A DNA stretch of 64,000 nt from Elusimicrobiaceae bacterium. Its GTDB lineage: Bacteria; Elusimicrobiota; Elusimicrobia; Elusimicrobiales; Elusimicrobiaceae. The notes below the pieces were generated by a model. That model ran no database searches, had not been told where the DNA came from, and saw only the letters and a program-made list of their open reading frames with translations. The position numbers and the translations under genes were made by a program. The stretch covers positions 1,267 through 65,266 of the forward strand of contig JAEELM010000040.1 in the NCBI GenBank assembly GCA_016282685.1. Direction: 5' to 3'. Below are positions 38,616 through 48,780 of the stretch, piece after piece; the first letter of the stretch is position 1; the number at the start of each line of letters is the position of its first letter.

Positions 38616-41600
38616 TTAACGGATGCGGACTTCATCCTCTCTTTGTTCTTCCGCACTATTGGGCGAAGGATGTTTGCGCTGCCATGTGTCTACATAATTT
38701 TGAACAAACATGTAGAACAAGGGAATAAGTACCAATCCTGCCAGGGTGCCGATAAGCATACCCCAGAAAACAGGTGTACCAATAGCACGGCGGCTGGCAG
38801 CACCTGCACCGGTGGCAATTACCATGGGGACCATCCCCAAAATGAAGGTAAACGCTGTCATGAGTACGGGACGGAAACGTTGCGTAAGACCGTCCATAGC
38901 TGCACTATAGACACTAGTTCCCTTCTCTTGTTCTTCTTTCGCAAATTCCACAATCAAGATAGCGTTTTTAGCAGCCAATCCGACGAGAAGAACGAGCCCT
39001 AATTGGGCATAAATACTCATGGATAAGTTGGTAATTAATAAACCGAACAATCCTCCGAATACGGCCGCTACAACAGACATTAATACCGGCACGGGAATTG
39101 TCCAGCTTTCGTACTGTGCGACCAAGAATAGATACGCGAACAAAATGGCTAGAAAGATTAACGTATTGATTTGTCCTTTATTTTGCTTTTCCTGATAACT
39201 CATTCCCGTCCACTCATAAGCGTATCCGGGCGGCAAGTTCTTCATAATCTTTTCCGTTACTTCCATAGCTTCCCCAGTACTGGAGTCCCCATTGGGGGTA
39301 GCCATAATGGTGGCCGCCGGATATTGGTTGTAACGCGTAATTTGGCGCGGAGAAAGGATATATTTTAAGTCTACCAATGCCATTAAAGGAACCAATTCTC
39401 CCGTTGCGCTGGTTACGTACATCTTGTTGATGTTTTCCGGTGTCATGCGGTATTTACTGTCGGACTGCATAATTACTTTGTTGACCTGTGTGCCGAAGTT
39501 TACATCTCCAACATAAGAAGATCCTAAGTAATTTTCCAAAATGGCGAAAATACTGGAGACCGGTACTTTCATGGCTTCTGCTTTGGTTCGGTTAACATCT
39601 AAGAAGATGTTAGGGGTATTTGCCTGAAAGGTAGAATAGGCCATAGCCATAGAGGGATCATTCATCATTTGAAAACCAAAACCAGCGGAAGTATCAGCTA
39701 ATTTTGTATAGTCAAAGTCATTGAGCGTTTGTAAACGTAAGTCCAGTCCACCCGAAGTTCCTAATCCAGGAATAGAAGGCATTTCTACAGCACGGATAGT
39801 AGCGTCGTCTATAGCAGCAAATTTTTTAGAAAATAGCTGTGCAATATAAGATTGCTTGAGTGTTCTCTTTTTACGTTTATCCCAGGGTTGTAACGAAACA
39901 AACCCTACGGCTACGTTTTCCCCGGAACCGGACATTAAACTAAAACCGATAACGGAGGTAAAATGTTTTACCCCTGGAGTGTCTAATATTTCCGGAGTAA
40001 TTTTATTGAGTACTGCTTGTGTACGTGCAAAGGAAGCTCCTTCGGGCAAAGCAATATTCAACATTACAATTCCCTGGTCTTCCACCGGAATGAAGGAAGT
40101 GTGTATGGTTTTTAAAAGGAATATATCCAAAAACACAAATCCCACGAAAAGGGATACAATAATAGCCTTGCGTGCTAGTCTTCGTACGATATTACGATAA
40201 CCTTTCCCTCCACGTAAAACGGCTAAGTTAAACCAACGCAATGCGAAAATCTTTGTTTCCGGAATGGGTTTTAACAACGTAGCACAAATTGCCGGAGAAA
40301 GAGAGAGTGCATTTAATGTAGAGAAACAAACAGCCACGGAGATGGTAACAGCAAATTGTTTATAAATTTCCCCGGTAATTCCTCCCATAAAAGTAATGGG
40401 TACGAAAATAGCCAGCAGCACAAGAGTTGTAGCAATAAGTGCACTGGAAAGTTCTCCCATGGCTTGCTCAGCTGCATGTTTAGCTTGTTGCCTTTCACGG
40501 TTCATTAACACGATTACACGCTCTACTACGCAGATAGCATCATCCACCACAAGACCGATAGCCAGTACGAGAGCAAAGAGTGTGAACAAATTAATGGAAT
40601 ACCCTAAAGCCAACATGACAGCAAATGTACCTAACAGAGATACGGGAATGGTAGCCGCAGGTACAAGTGTAGCGCGCCAGTTTTGCAAGAAAACATAACA
40701 CACGATTACGACCAAAATGAAGGTAATGAATAAGGTGAAAAGAACTTCCTCAACAGATGCGGTAATAAATTCAGTCGTATCAAAAGCAAAATCATATGTA
40801 AGACCAGCCGGAAAGAATTGCTCCATACGTTTCATTTCCGCTTTGATCCCTTTCATGGTTTCCAAAGCATTTGCCCCGGAAGAAAGGTTAATCATCAAAG
40901 GAACTGTAGGGTGACCGTCAAAAGAACCGGCGAAACTGTAGCTTTCTTGCCCTTCTTCTACGCGGGCAATTTCAGAAAGCCGCACTTCGCCACCTTTACT
41001 ATCGGTACGAACGATAATTGTTTGGAATTCCTCGGCACTGTTTAAGCGTCCTTGGGTTTGGAGCGGATAAACGGTTAAGATGGCGCCATCGCTGGGGCGC
41101 GCCCCGATTTTGCCCAAAGAAGGTTGATAGTTTTGCGTTGCGATGGCACTTTTAACGTCCGCTACGGAAATATCCAAAGCAGCCATTTTATCCGAGTCTA
41201 GCCATACACGCATGCTTTTTGCAGCTCCGAATACGCGGGCTTCCCCCACCCCGTTTACACGACTTAAGTTTTTCTGTAAATTGTTGTTGAGGTAATCGCT
41301 GATTTCAATGGTATTCATCTTGCCGGTGGGATCACTAAATGCGAGCAAGCCTAAAATGCTAGATGAACGGCGAAAAACACTAATTCCTTGTTGTGTGACG
41401 GCAGCCGGTAACAAAGGAGACGCTTGCGAAACGCGGTTTTGTACTTTGACCTGGGCAATATCCGGGTCGACCCCCGTTTTGAAAGTGATGGTAAGCATAT
41501 AAGAGCCGTCCGCAGAGTCAGAAGACATGTAGAGCATGTCTTCTACCCCATTGACGTTGGCTTCGAGAGGAATGCCGATTGTTTTGGCAATAACGTCTGC

Positions 41601-41762
41601 ACTGGCGCCCGGATAGACTGCCCGGACAATAATTTCCGGCGGGGTAATTTCTGGGTATAAGGCAACAGGGAGAGTCTTAAGAGCAATGATACCCGCTAAA
41701 CATAAAATAAGTGAAATAACCACGGCAAAGCGTGGTCTGTTAATGAAGAATTTAGAAAACAT
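38616..41762 (-). CDS. HAE1-family RND efflux permease
   Basis: FFINRPRFA, YPGASA, AIGLVVDDAI, KNAILIVE, RFRPVLMT proton-relay motifs. Confidence 0.96.
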   Translation of the reverse strand: MFSKFFINRPRFAVVISLILCLAGIIALKTLPVALYPEITPPEIIVRAVYPGASADVIAKTIGIPLEANVNGVEDMLYMSSDSADGSYMLTITFKTGVDPDIAQVKVQNRVSQASPLLPAAVTQQGISVFRRSSSILGLLAFSDPTGKMNTIEISDYLNNNLQKNLSRVNGVGEARVFGAAKSMRVWLDSDKMAALDISVADVKSAIATQNYQPSLGKIGARPSDGAILTVYPLQTQGRLNSAEEFQTIIVRTDSKGGEVRLSEIARVEEGQESYSFAGSFDGHPTVPLMINLSSGANALETMKGIKAEMKRMEQFFPAGLTYDFAFDTTEFITASVEEVLFTLFITFILVVIVCYVFLQNWRATLVPAATIPVSLLGTFAVMLALGYSINLFTLFALVLAIGLVVDDAICVVERVIVLMNRERQQAKHAAEQAMGELSSALIATTLVLLAIFVPITFMGGITGEIYKQFAVTISVAVCFSTLNALSLSPAICATLLKPIPETKIFALRWFNLAVLRGGKGYRNIVRRLARKAIIVSLFVGFVFLDIFLLKTIHTSFIPVEDQGIVMLNIALPEGASFARTQAVLNKITPEILDTPGVKHFTSVIGFSLMSGSGENVAVGFVSLQPWDKRKKRTLKQSYIAQLFSKKFAAIDDATIRAVEMPSIPGLGTSGGLDLRLQTLNDFDYTKLADTSAGFGFQMMNDPSMAMAYSTFQANTPNIFLDVNRTKAEAMKVPVSSIFAILENYLGSSYVGDVNFGTQVNKVIMQSDSKYRMTPENINKMYVTSATGELVPLMALVDLKYILSPRQITRYNQYPAATIMATPNGDSSTGEAMEVTEKIMKNLPPGYAYEWTGMSYQEKQNKGQINTLIFLAILFAYLFLVAQYESWTIPVPVLMSVVAAVFGGLFGLLITNLSMSIYAQLGLVLLVGLAAKNAILIVEFAKEEQEKGTSVYSAAMDGLTQRFRPVLMTAFTFILGMVPMVIATGAGAASRRAIGTPVFWGMLIGTLAGLVLIPLFYMFVQNYVDTWQRKHPSPNSAEEQREDEVRIR

Positions 41763-42949
41763 TATTTATTCTCCTGCAGAGAGGTTTCCTTTTGATCGGT
41801 TGTCGGAGTTTTGCGATCCGGGGCATTGATTTCACTTACATTGACCTTCATGCCATTTTGTAAGCGCTGTTGTCCAGAGGTAACCACGCGATCTCCTTCT
41901 TCTAAACCGGATACAACAATGTATTTTCCATCCACCATATCTCCGGTAGTGATATATTTTTGTACGATGGTGTCATTCGGAGTGACGGTCATTACATATT
42001 GTCCCGTAGCATCTTGAGAAACAGCTGTTTGCGGAACAAAGAGGACAGGATGCAATTTGTCCAAACTGACGGTAACATTCACATAATTTCCCGGTACTAG
42101 ACGGTTGTCTGGGTTGTTTGTTTTGGCATATACCGCCATGGTAGCTGTTTGGGCATTAATTTCGTTATCAGAAAACACAGTGGCGGAAGGCATGTTAATG
42201 GTGTCTCCGTTGGGGAGCGCAATTTGTAAATCCGGATGTTGAACGGTTACTTCATCCATACCAGATAAACGTTCTTTATCTGTAATAGAGAACACAACGC
42301 GGATGGGATCCATTTGAACCACGCGTGCCAATTTACTGGCGCCGGCAGTGGCTAAATTCCCTTTAGTGATAAGTGCTTTACCTATATAGCCAGTAATCGG
42401 GGAGCGCACTTCGGTATAATCTAAGTCTAATTTTGCTAAATCCAGAGTTGCCTGGGCAGATTTAACATTGGCTTTAGCATTGGCTAAATTGCTTTCTGCC
42501 AATTCCATATCGGCCTTTGATAACATTTCATCTTGGTATAATTCTTGTTCACGGTGGTAATCGTTTTCGACCTGAGTTAAATTAGCCTTGGCTTTATCTA
42601 CGGCAGCTTGAGCGGAAGATACGGCCGCTTTATAGCGTTTTTGGTCGATAACAAACAGAACTTGCCCCTCTTTTACCAGGGAACCATCTTTAAACATAAC
42701 TTTGTCTACGTATCCGGACACCTGCGGTACAACATCAGCAGCGTTGATGGCCTCTACGCGGGCAATAAACTTTTTACCCTGTAGCATGGGTTGCTTTTTA
42801 AGGGTTTGCACGAGAACGGTGGCCGTTCCACCCATACCCGGCCCGGCGTTTTTACCTCCCAGTTTCCCACTTATAAGAAACCCAACGGCAATTCCTATCA
42901 AGAGAAGAATTGCAAATTTTGAATAATGTATTATTTGTTTTTTTGTCAT
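41762..42949 (-). CDS. RND periplasmic adaptor (membrane fusion protein)
   Basis: PQVSGY..V.F..G..VK.GQ.LF.ID, helical hairpin, VRSPITG, GLEEGDRVV. Confidence 0.94.
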   Translation of the reverse strand: MTKKQIIHYSKFAILLLIGIAVGFLISGKLGGKNAGPGMGGTATVLVQTLKKQPMLQGKKFIARVEAINAADVVPQVSGYVDKVMFKDGSLVKEGQVLFVIDQKRYKAAVSSAQAAVDKAKANLTQVENDYHREQELYQDEMLSKADMELAESNLANAKANVKSAQATLDLAKLDLDYTEVRSPITGYIGKALITKGNLATAGASKLARVVQMDPIRVVFSITDKERLSGMDEVTVQHPDLQIALPNGDTINMPSATVFSDNEINAQTATMAVYAKTNNPDNRLVPGNYVNVTVSLDKLHPVLFVPQTAVSQDATGQYVMTVTPNDTIVQKYITTGDMVDGKYIVVSGLEEGDRVVTSGQQRLQNGMKVNVSEINAPDRKTPTTDQKETSLQENK

Positions 42950-42951
42950 AA

Positions 42952-44286
42952 TTATTTCCCAATACTTCTATATAAGATGGCTTTACTCAATAGTAAATCG
43001 TAAAATGCCGTAATTTTATTTTGGCGGGCATCAGCCAATTGAGCTACGGCAGTAAGAAGGTTTAGTGTATCGCTTTTTCCAACTTTGTAGTAACGAAAAG
43101 CGACCCGTTCGTTTTCTTCGGCGCTCTCTAAAACAGTTTTGCTAATATCATAAGAACGTACAGCTGTTTTATAATTTTGATAATTGGTCCAAACATCATT
43201 TTGAATTTGTAGACGAACGTTTTGGGTATTGGCCAAAGCTTGCTGATAAGCGTAATAAGCACTTTGCGTTGCGTACATGTTTGCAAATCCGGTAAATAAC
43301 GGCATAGAAACACTAATACCGGCGGCAGTCTCCGTTTGATATGGATAAGAATGTTTCCAATTATCTCCGTATGTTGCGGAAGCATTTAGATGAACGGCTG
43401 GCAGATTTTGAATGCGTGTGTTGTGAAGGGCCGATTTGGCTGCTTGGGCTGTGCTTTCTTGCGCACGCATTTCCGGACGGTTCTCCAGGGCTTGATTCAT
43501 GAGTTGTTCCACATCATCTGTTTCAATTTGAGTGGTGTCTTCATTAAAAGTAGGAGTTTCGATATTCAAAGGGGTATTAGGAGGCAAATTAAGAAGTACA
43601 GCCAAGTTTCCCAGTGTTTGACTTTGTAAATTTTCAGCCAATACTACCGATAGAAGGGCTTGCTCATATTTTGTTTTAGTTTGCAATTTGTCACTTAAAG
43701 AAACCATTCCCAATTTATAACGTTTTTGGGCTTCGTTGTAAGATTGTTTATAAGTATCCAGACTGGCATTGGCACTAATAAGAGACTCTTTTGCGGCCAG
43801 TGCTTTTAGGTAAGCTGTTTGTACGGCAAGCATCAAATCTTGCAATTTTGCATCATAGGCAAAACGTACCGCGTTGGCTTGCGCACGAGAGGCTTTAACA
43901 CGAGAAGTTCTTCCCCCCCAATCAAAAAGTAACCAAGAAGCGGCAGCGGTAGCCGAATAGGGTTCGTTTTGAGTATAGTGCGGCTGGGTCTGCGCACGTT
44001 GACCGGTAATGTTTCCTTGCCCAGACACTACCACGGAAGGTAGATACTCAGAGCGAGAGGTCCCTACGCTGGCCTCAGCTGCCTTTACCCCCATATATTG
44101 TGCACTCAACGAAGGATTCGTACAAAGACTGATTTGTACTAAATCTAACAAAGAAAGTTCCTGGGTTGTAATATCCTTGTCTATACATCCTTCCGGTGGT
44201 TTTACTGTGTAAGCCATCATGGGATCCAAGGCCCATCCTTGTAACGTCATAGCAACTATGACAGAAAATAAAAAATATTTTTTCAT
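42952..44286 (-). CDS. TolC-family outer membrane efflux protein
   Basis: Signal peptide, two OEP repeats (NPSL, SWLLFDWG, RPE, SMPLFTG), operon position. Confidence 0.92.
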   Translation of the reverse strand: MKKYFLFSVIVAMTLQGWALDPMMAYTVKPPEGCIDKDITTQELSLLDLVQISLCTNPSLSAQYMGVKAAEASVGTSRSEYLPSVVVSGQGNITGQRAQTQPHYTQNEPYSATAAASWLLFDWGGRTSRVKASRAQANAVRFAYDAKLQDLMLAVQTAYLKALAAKESLISANASLDTYKQSYNEAQKRYKLGMVSLSDKLQTKTKYEQALLSVVLAENLQSQTLGNLAVLLNLPPNTPLNIETPTFNEDTTQIETDDVEQLMNQALENRPEMRAQESTAQAAKSALHNTRIQNLPAVHLNASATYGDNWKHSYPYQTETAAGISVSMPLFTGFANMYATQSAYYAYQQALANTQNVRLQIQNDVWTNYQNYKTAVRSYDISKTVLESAEENERVAFRYYKVGKSDTLNLLTAVAQLADARQNKITAFYDLLLSKAILYRSIGK

Positions 44287-44288
44287 AT

Positions 44289-44936
44289 TTATTTCAATTC
44301 CTTATTATATGATTTCAAAATTGCTTCAATTGAGTGCCAAACGGCCTTTTTTAATTTTTCCGGAGGAGTAGTTTGGGTAATATCTTCTTTAAGTGCTTGT
44401 AAAATCATAAAACGATCACATTCTGATAAATTAACTTGTAAAAACATTAAATGTGCCAAAAGAATCATTTCATCCGAATCTTTTTTTAATCCAGTTAATC
44501 GTGACAATGTATGCTTTACCAAATTGTTCAAAGGTTCTGCGTATGATTTTAAAGACATTAACATTTCGGAAGAGTCTTCTAATTCCGCAAATGTAAAGAT
44601 GCGTTCCAAAGGCACATTGACGCGATTGAATTTCATTTCCAGCACTTTGTCAATAATACGGTGCAGAGCCTCCCATGTTTCTTCCATGGATAATTTATCG
44701 ATATCTTGGGGCGTGGGAAGGGGCTTGTCCCCCCCAAAAATATAACTTCGGTTTTTAGAAAGTAAATATTTAAGCGTTTCTAAATATAGGTTATGTTTAT
44801 TTCCGAAGTGATAAGAAATAGAAGATACATTTTCTCCCGCTTCTGTTACGATTTCTCGAATAGAGGTGGAGGTGTACCCATTTTGGGCAAACAAGCGAGC
44901 TGCCGTGCGAAGTAGTTTAACGCGTGTATCTTGCAT
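44289..44936 (-). CDS. TetR-family regulator (CerR/CecR-like) heading the RND operon
   Basis: LLRTAARLFAQNGY..TSIREI..EAG....ISYHFGNK..LY. Confidence 0.92.
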   Translation of the reverse strand: MQDTRVKLLRTAARLFAQNGYTSTSIREIVTEAGENVSSISYHFGNKHNLYLETLKYLLSKNRSYIFGGDKPLPTPQDIDKLSMEETWEALHRIIDKVLEMKFNRVNVPLERIFTFAELEDSSEMLMSLKSYAEPLNNLVKHTLSRLTGLKKDSDEMILLAHLMFLQVNLSECDRFMILQALKEDITQTTPPEKLKKAVWHSIEAILKSYNKELK

Positions 44937-44955
44937 AAATTTATCTTCCCTGAAA

Positions 44956-44998
44956 ATTATACAAAATAATTTGTTTATATTCAAACAGTTGTTTGAAT
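44956..44998 (-). promoter_or_regulatory. Promoter and probable TetR operator
   Basis: TTGAAT (44984-44979), 17 nt, TATAAT (44961-44956); palindrome ATTCAAACA-gt-TGTTTGAAT (44979-44998) covers the -35. Confidence 0.75.
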
Positions 44999-45051
44999 TT
45001 TTTAATTAGTTTTCTACTGTCACAAAGGGAGTTCTATTTGGATGGAAAAGG

Positions 45052-45924
45052 CTATTTACGCTGTAACAACTTTTTTAGATAATCATAGTAGTTGTTCGAA
45101 GGAACGTTTTGAAGTTGAGTTGCTAATTGCTTTTTGGTAATGAATTTTTTAGCCAGTGCAATTTCTTCTAAACAGGCAATTTCTATTCCTTGGTTAATTT
45201 GCATAGTATAGACGAAATTAGAGGCTTCCAATACGCTTTCATGAGTGCCGGTATCTAACCAAGCGAAACCACGATCTAGGCAAAAAACATGTAAAAGATT
45301 TCGTTCTAAATAAAGGCGGTTTAAGTCTGTTATTTCTAATTCTCCGCGGCTGGAAGGCTGGAGGGTTTGGGCCAGTTGAACAACTTGGTTATCGTAAAAA
45401 TATAACCCGGTAACAGCAAAATTACTGCGCGGATTTTTTGGTTTTTCTTCCAATGAAATGGCTGTTCCCTTTTTATCAAATTCAACAATTCCAAATCGTG
45501 TGGGATCATTAACTTCGTAGGCAAAAACAGTCGCTCCGGTAAAAGGTTGTTGGGTGGCCTGGGAAAGGAGTGCCTCAAAACCACTTCCGTAAAAAAGATT
45601 ATCCCCTAGAATGAGAGCACAGGCGTCTTTCCCTATAAATTCTTTTCCTAAAATAAAAGCATCCGCAATGCCACGTTTAACCTGTTGAGAAATGTAAGAA
45701 AGTTGTATCCCCCATTGGTGTCCGTCTCCTAGGACACGTTTAAAATTTTCGTTATCATTTGGAGTGGTAATAATGAGAATTTCCCGAATGCCCGCTTGCA
45801 TCAGTACAGACAGCGGGTAATAAATCATGGGTTTATTATAAACGGGCAACAAAATTTTAGAGATGGGCAGAGAGGCTGGATATAAGCGTGTACCGGCCCC
45901 ACCGGCTAAAATAATTCCTTTCAT
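45052..45924 (-). CDS. rfbA: Glucose-1-phosphate thymidylyltransferase
   Basis: GIILAGGAGTRLYP, KPMIYYPL, LILGDN, SLEEKP, RGELEITD, WLDTGT. Confidence 0.96.
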   Translation of the reverse strand: MKGIILAGGAGTRLYPASLPISKILLPVYNKPMIYYPLSVLMQAGIREILIITTPNDNENFKRVLGDGHQWGIQLSYISQQVKRGIADAFILGKEFIGKDACALILGDNLFYGSGFEALLSQATQQPFTGATVFAYEVNDPTRFGIVEFDKKGTAISLEEKPKNPRSNFAVTGLYFYDNQVVQLAQTLQPSSRGELEITDLNRLYLERNLLHVFCLDRGFAWLDTGTHESVLEASNFVYTMQINQGIEIACLEEIALAKKFITKKQLATQLQNVPSNNYYDYLKKLLQRK

Positions 45925-46373
45925 AGTTTATCTCCATATTGTTGTTTTATTTTTTTTACGGCTGCCGTTACAGTTTCGCATAATATTTCGGCTTGCTTTA
46001 TGAAAGAACGCCCCTCCAGAGAAATAGGATCAATGAGGTCTTTTTCTTTATCGTAAGCAAAGTCGTATAGCAGATATAACTTATCGGTATATTGAGCATA
46101 GCGATCCAGCAACCGCTCCAAATGTATTTTTTCCATGCAAAAGATTAAATCTGCATTTTTTAAATCATCAGCAGATAACTGGGTGGAATGATGTTGAACG
46201 TTTTCAATTCCTTTAGAAGATAAAAAGGAAGATACTTTTGACGGAACATTATAGGCCGCATTTGCATAAAGCCCTCGTGAAAATACTTGGACAGTGGGAA
46301 GAAGTTGTTGGCATAACCTTTCCGCCATAAAACTCCGACAAATATTTGCATGACAAATAAATAGTATTTTCAC
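45921..46373 (-). CDS. Low-molecular-weight protein tyrosine phosphatase (Wzb-like)
   Basis: CHANICRS CX5R loop, DP acid loop; GTG start. Confidence 0.88.
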   Translation of the reverse strand: MKILFICHANICRSFMAERLCQQLLPTVQVFSRGLYANAAYNVPSKVSSFLSSKGIENVQHHSTQLSADDLKNADLIFCMEKIHLERLLDRYAQYTDKLYLLYDFAYDKEKDLIDPISLEGRSFIKQAEILCETVTAAVKKIKQQYGDKL

Positions 46374-46408
46374 ATTAAATACTATAGCAAATTTTATAAA
46401 ATATCTTT

Positions 46409-48046
46409 ATGAATTTATTTTTCAGGATGAGTGTTGTCTTATTATTAGGTTTTGTTGTCTTTGCATTTGCAGGTACAGACCCGTGGGCTTTTTCTGTTTT
46501 GCAGTATGGTATGTTTGCGTTAGCCCTGGGATACGTTTTTACGACAAAGACATTGTACATCACTCGTCCGCTCAAAATTATTTCAAGCTTATTGTTATTT
46601 TTGATAGGGTTGGCACTTATACAAAGTTTGTTCCCACGCACTTTGTTAGATAGCGTTGCTTTCTTCCCTTTCACCGTGCTACGGTTACATACATTGGAAG
46701 TGGCTTCTTTGTTATTAACGTACTTGATATGGACGTGGTTGATTGTTCAGTTATTTCCTTCTTTTACAAAAAGCAATCACTTAATCTTGTGTACGGTATT
46801 TATTGGAGTAGCTGTTGTCCTGTGTGCGTGTGCTCTTCCCAAAAGTGATTATATGTTTCGTCTTGTGGGGATTCGCTCCGGCTTTGGTCCGTTTTTAAAT
46901 CGTAACCACGCCGGAATATTTCTAGCCATGAGTTCTGTTGGGGTATTGTCTTTCTTGTTCGCATCTTATATTCAAAACAGAAAGCAGCTATTTGCCCCGC
47001 AAAAACAATCTTTTTATATGAGGCATTTATGTTTGCTCCTCATTTTCGTGGGGCTCTGTTCGGGAACTGTTTTTACGCGTTCCCGGGGAGGAATGCTATC
47101 ATTAGCCGTTGGAATTTTTACATATTCTTTTTTATGCTTTTGGGTGGTCCCTCCTAAGTTAAAAAAACGTTTAAAGGGGTGGTTTTTTACATTGTTGGCA
47201 CTGGTGTTAGTATCGGGGTGGGTGGCCACCCATGTGCCGGAAATCAATGCTTTTGCCCAACGTGCTACCAACACATCAGAAATGACACGGAAGATGTTTT
47301 ATCGTTCTTCTTTCCGTGCTTTGAAAGAATCTCCCTATTTTGGCTGGGGGTTGGGTACAACCCCGTTAGTAATACATAATTATTTTGAATGGCCCATTAA
47401 AAAGTATGTAAATCATTTACATTGTGATTGGCTGGAAATTTTATTGGAAATTGGATGTTTGGGAGCGGGAGTAGTATTACTGTTTATGGGTTGGCTGGCT
47501 TTATTTATGTTACGTAACCTAAAAAAATTGGAGACGAAAAAACAGCTGGTTTACAGTGGCTTAATAAGTGTAATGACGGTTATGTGCGTGGGAAGTTTGT
47601 TCGATTTTGATTTTTTTATTCCGGCTAATGCCTGTTTATTCTTTTTAACATTGGGAATTGCGTGTAATCCTTCTTTCAATAAAAAAACGGTGCAAATAAT
47701 ATCATTAAATTGGATAAAACGGATTTTGTTGGTAGGGATATGTGTGGCTGCGGTATGGATTCCTACAAGCAAAACGATTGCTTGGCGGTTGATGTGGCTT
47801 GGTAAGGGAATGAAACATGATACAAAAATTTTTGCTTACGAAGAAGCAGTAAGTTATTATCCTAGTCCTCGATATGCTGTTTACCTGGGAATTGCCTATT
47901 ACAATGCCGGAATCCATAGTCACAATACGGAATTACGGTATGCTTATTGGCGTCAGGCAAAAAGGGTAGCAGAAACTTATCTTAAAAAATACCCTAAAGA
48001 CAAAGAACTTTCCCAACTTTACATGCGTGTGTATAACTTGGATTAA
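46409..48046 (+). CDS. O-antigen ligase/polymerase-like (Wzy_C) membrane protein
   Basis: About 12 TMs, GPFLNRNH, TRSRGG, FGWGLG, HLHCDWLE. Confidence 0.85.
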   Translation: MNLFFRMSVVLLLGFVVFAFAGTDPWAFSVLQYGMFALALGYVFTTKTLYITRPLKIISSLLLFLIGLALIQSLFPRTLLDSVAFFPFTVLRLHTLEVASLLLTYLIWTWLIVQLFPSFTKSNHLILCTVFIGVAVVLCACALPKSDYMFRLVGIRSGFGPFLNRNHAGIFLAMSSVGVLSFLFASYIQNRKQLFAPQKQSFYMRHLCLLLIFVGLCSGTVFTRSRGGMLSLAVGIFTYSFLCFWVVPPKLKKRLKGWFFTLLALVLVSGWVATHVPEINAFAQRATNTSEMTRKMFYRSSFRALKESPYFGWGLGTTPLVIHNYFEWPIKKYVNHLHCDWLEILLEIGCLGAGVVLLFMGWLALFMLRNLKKLETKKQLVYSGLISVMTVMCVGSLFDFDFFIPANACLFFLTLGIACNPSFNKKTVQIISLNWIKRILLVGICVAAVWIPTSKTIAWRLMWLGKGMKHDTKIFAYEEAVSYYPSPRYAVYLGIAYYNAGIHSHNTELRYAYWRQAKRVAETYLKKYPKDKELSQLYMRVYNLD

Positions 48047-48120
48047 AAGCTTTCTTTTCTCAATTGAAATGCGGAGTGCTGGTTTGGAAAGCCCTTCTAT
48101 TTTTAGTATAATTAGAACAT

Positions 48121-48771
48121 ATGAAAAATCGTTATTTTATACTATTTTTTCTTGGCCTTGTCTTAGGATTAAGTGCCTGTTCTTCTCATTCTATTGCGGA
48201 AAATAATTCTCTTCAAAAACAATTGGATCAACAAGAGGTCCTTTCCGGAATAGAAAAAGTTCGATCCTCATCTTCGTACACGTTACAACCTGGTGATTTG
48301 GTAGAAATTCAAGTATTCAAAGAAGAGGATATGACACGTACGCTCCGTTTAAGTGGAAATGGGAACGTTACGTTTCCGTTAGTGGGTAATGTAAATTTGG
48401 CCGGGAATACGTTAGAAGAGGCAGAGGCGAAATTGGCAAAAAAACTAACTGCTTATTTGCGTAATCCGCAAGTATCTATGTTGGTAAAGGAATATGGTAA
48501 TAAAACGGTGTATGTTCTGGGCCAAGTCAAGAATCCGTCCTCCATTGAAATACCGCCGGAGAAAGCACTTACCGTATTGGAAGCAATTAGTTCTGTGGGC
48601 GGGTTTACCGATATTGCCAATACCTCCAAGGTGCGTGTGCTTCGCATGGAAGACGGGAAACAGAAATCCATGGATGTAGATGTTGCTCAAATTACCAAAC
48701 AGGGAAATAAATCACTGGATATTGCCCTTATGCCCGGAGATGTTGTGTTTGTGCCGCAGAGTATGTTTTAG
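48121..48771 (+). CDS. wza: Polysaccharide export lipoprotein (Wza/EpsE-like)
   Basis: Lipobox LSAC, YTLQPGD, G.VTFPLVG, VYVLGQV, SLBB domain, LMPGDVVFVP. Confidence 0.88.
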   Translation: MKNRYFILFFLGLVLGLSACSSHSIAENNSLQKQLDQQEVLSGIEKVRSSSSYTLQPGDLVEIQVFKEEDMTRTLRLSGNGNVTFPLVGNVNLAGNTLEEAEAKLAKKLTAYLRNPQVSMLVKEYGNKTVYVLGQVKNPSSIEIPPEKALTVLEAISSVGGFTDIANTSKVRVLRMEDGKQKSMDVDVAQITKQGNKSLDIALMPGDVVFVPQSMF

Positions 48772-48780
48772 GAATGATTT

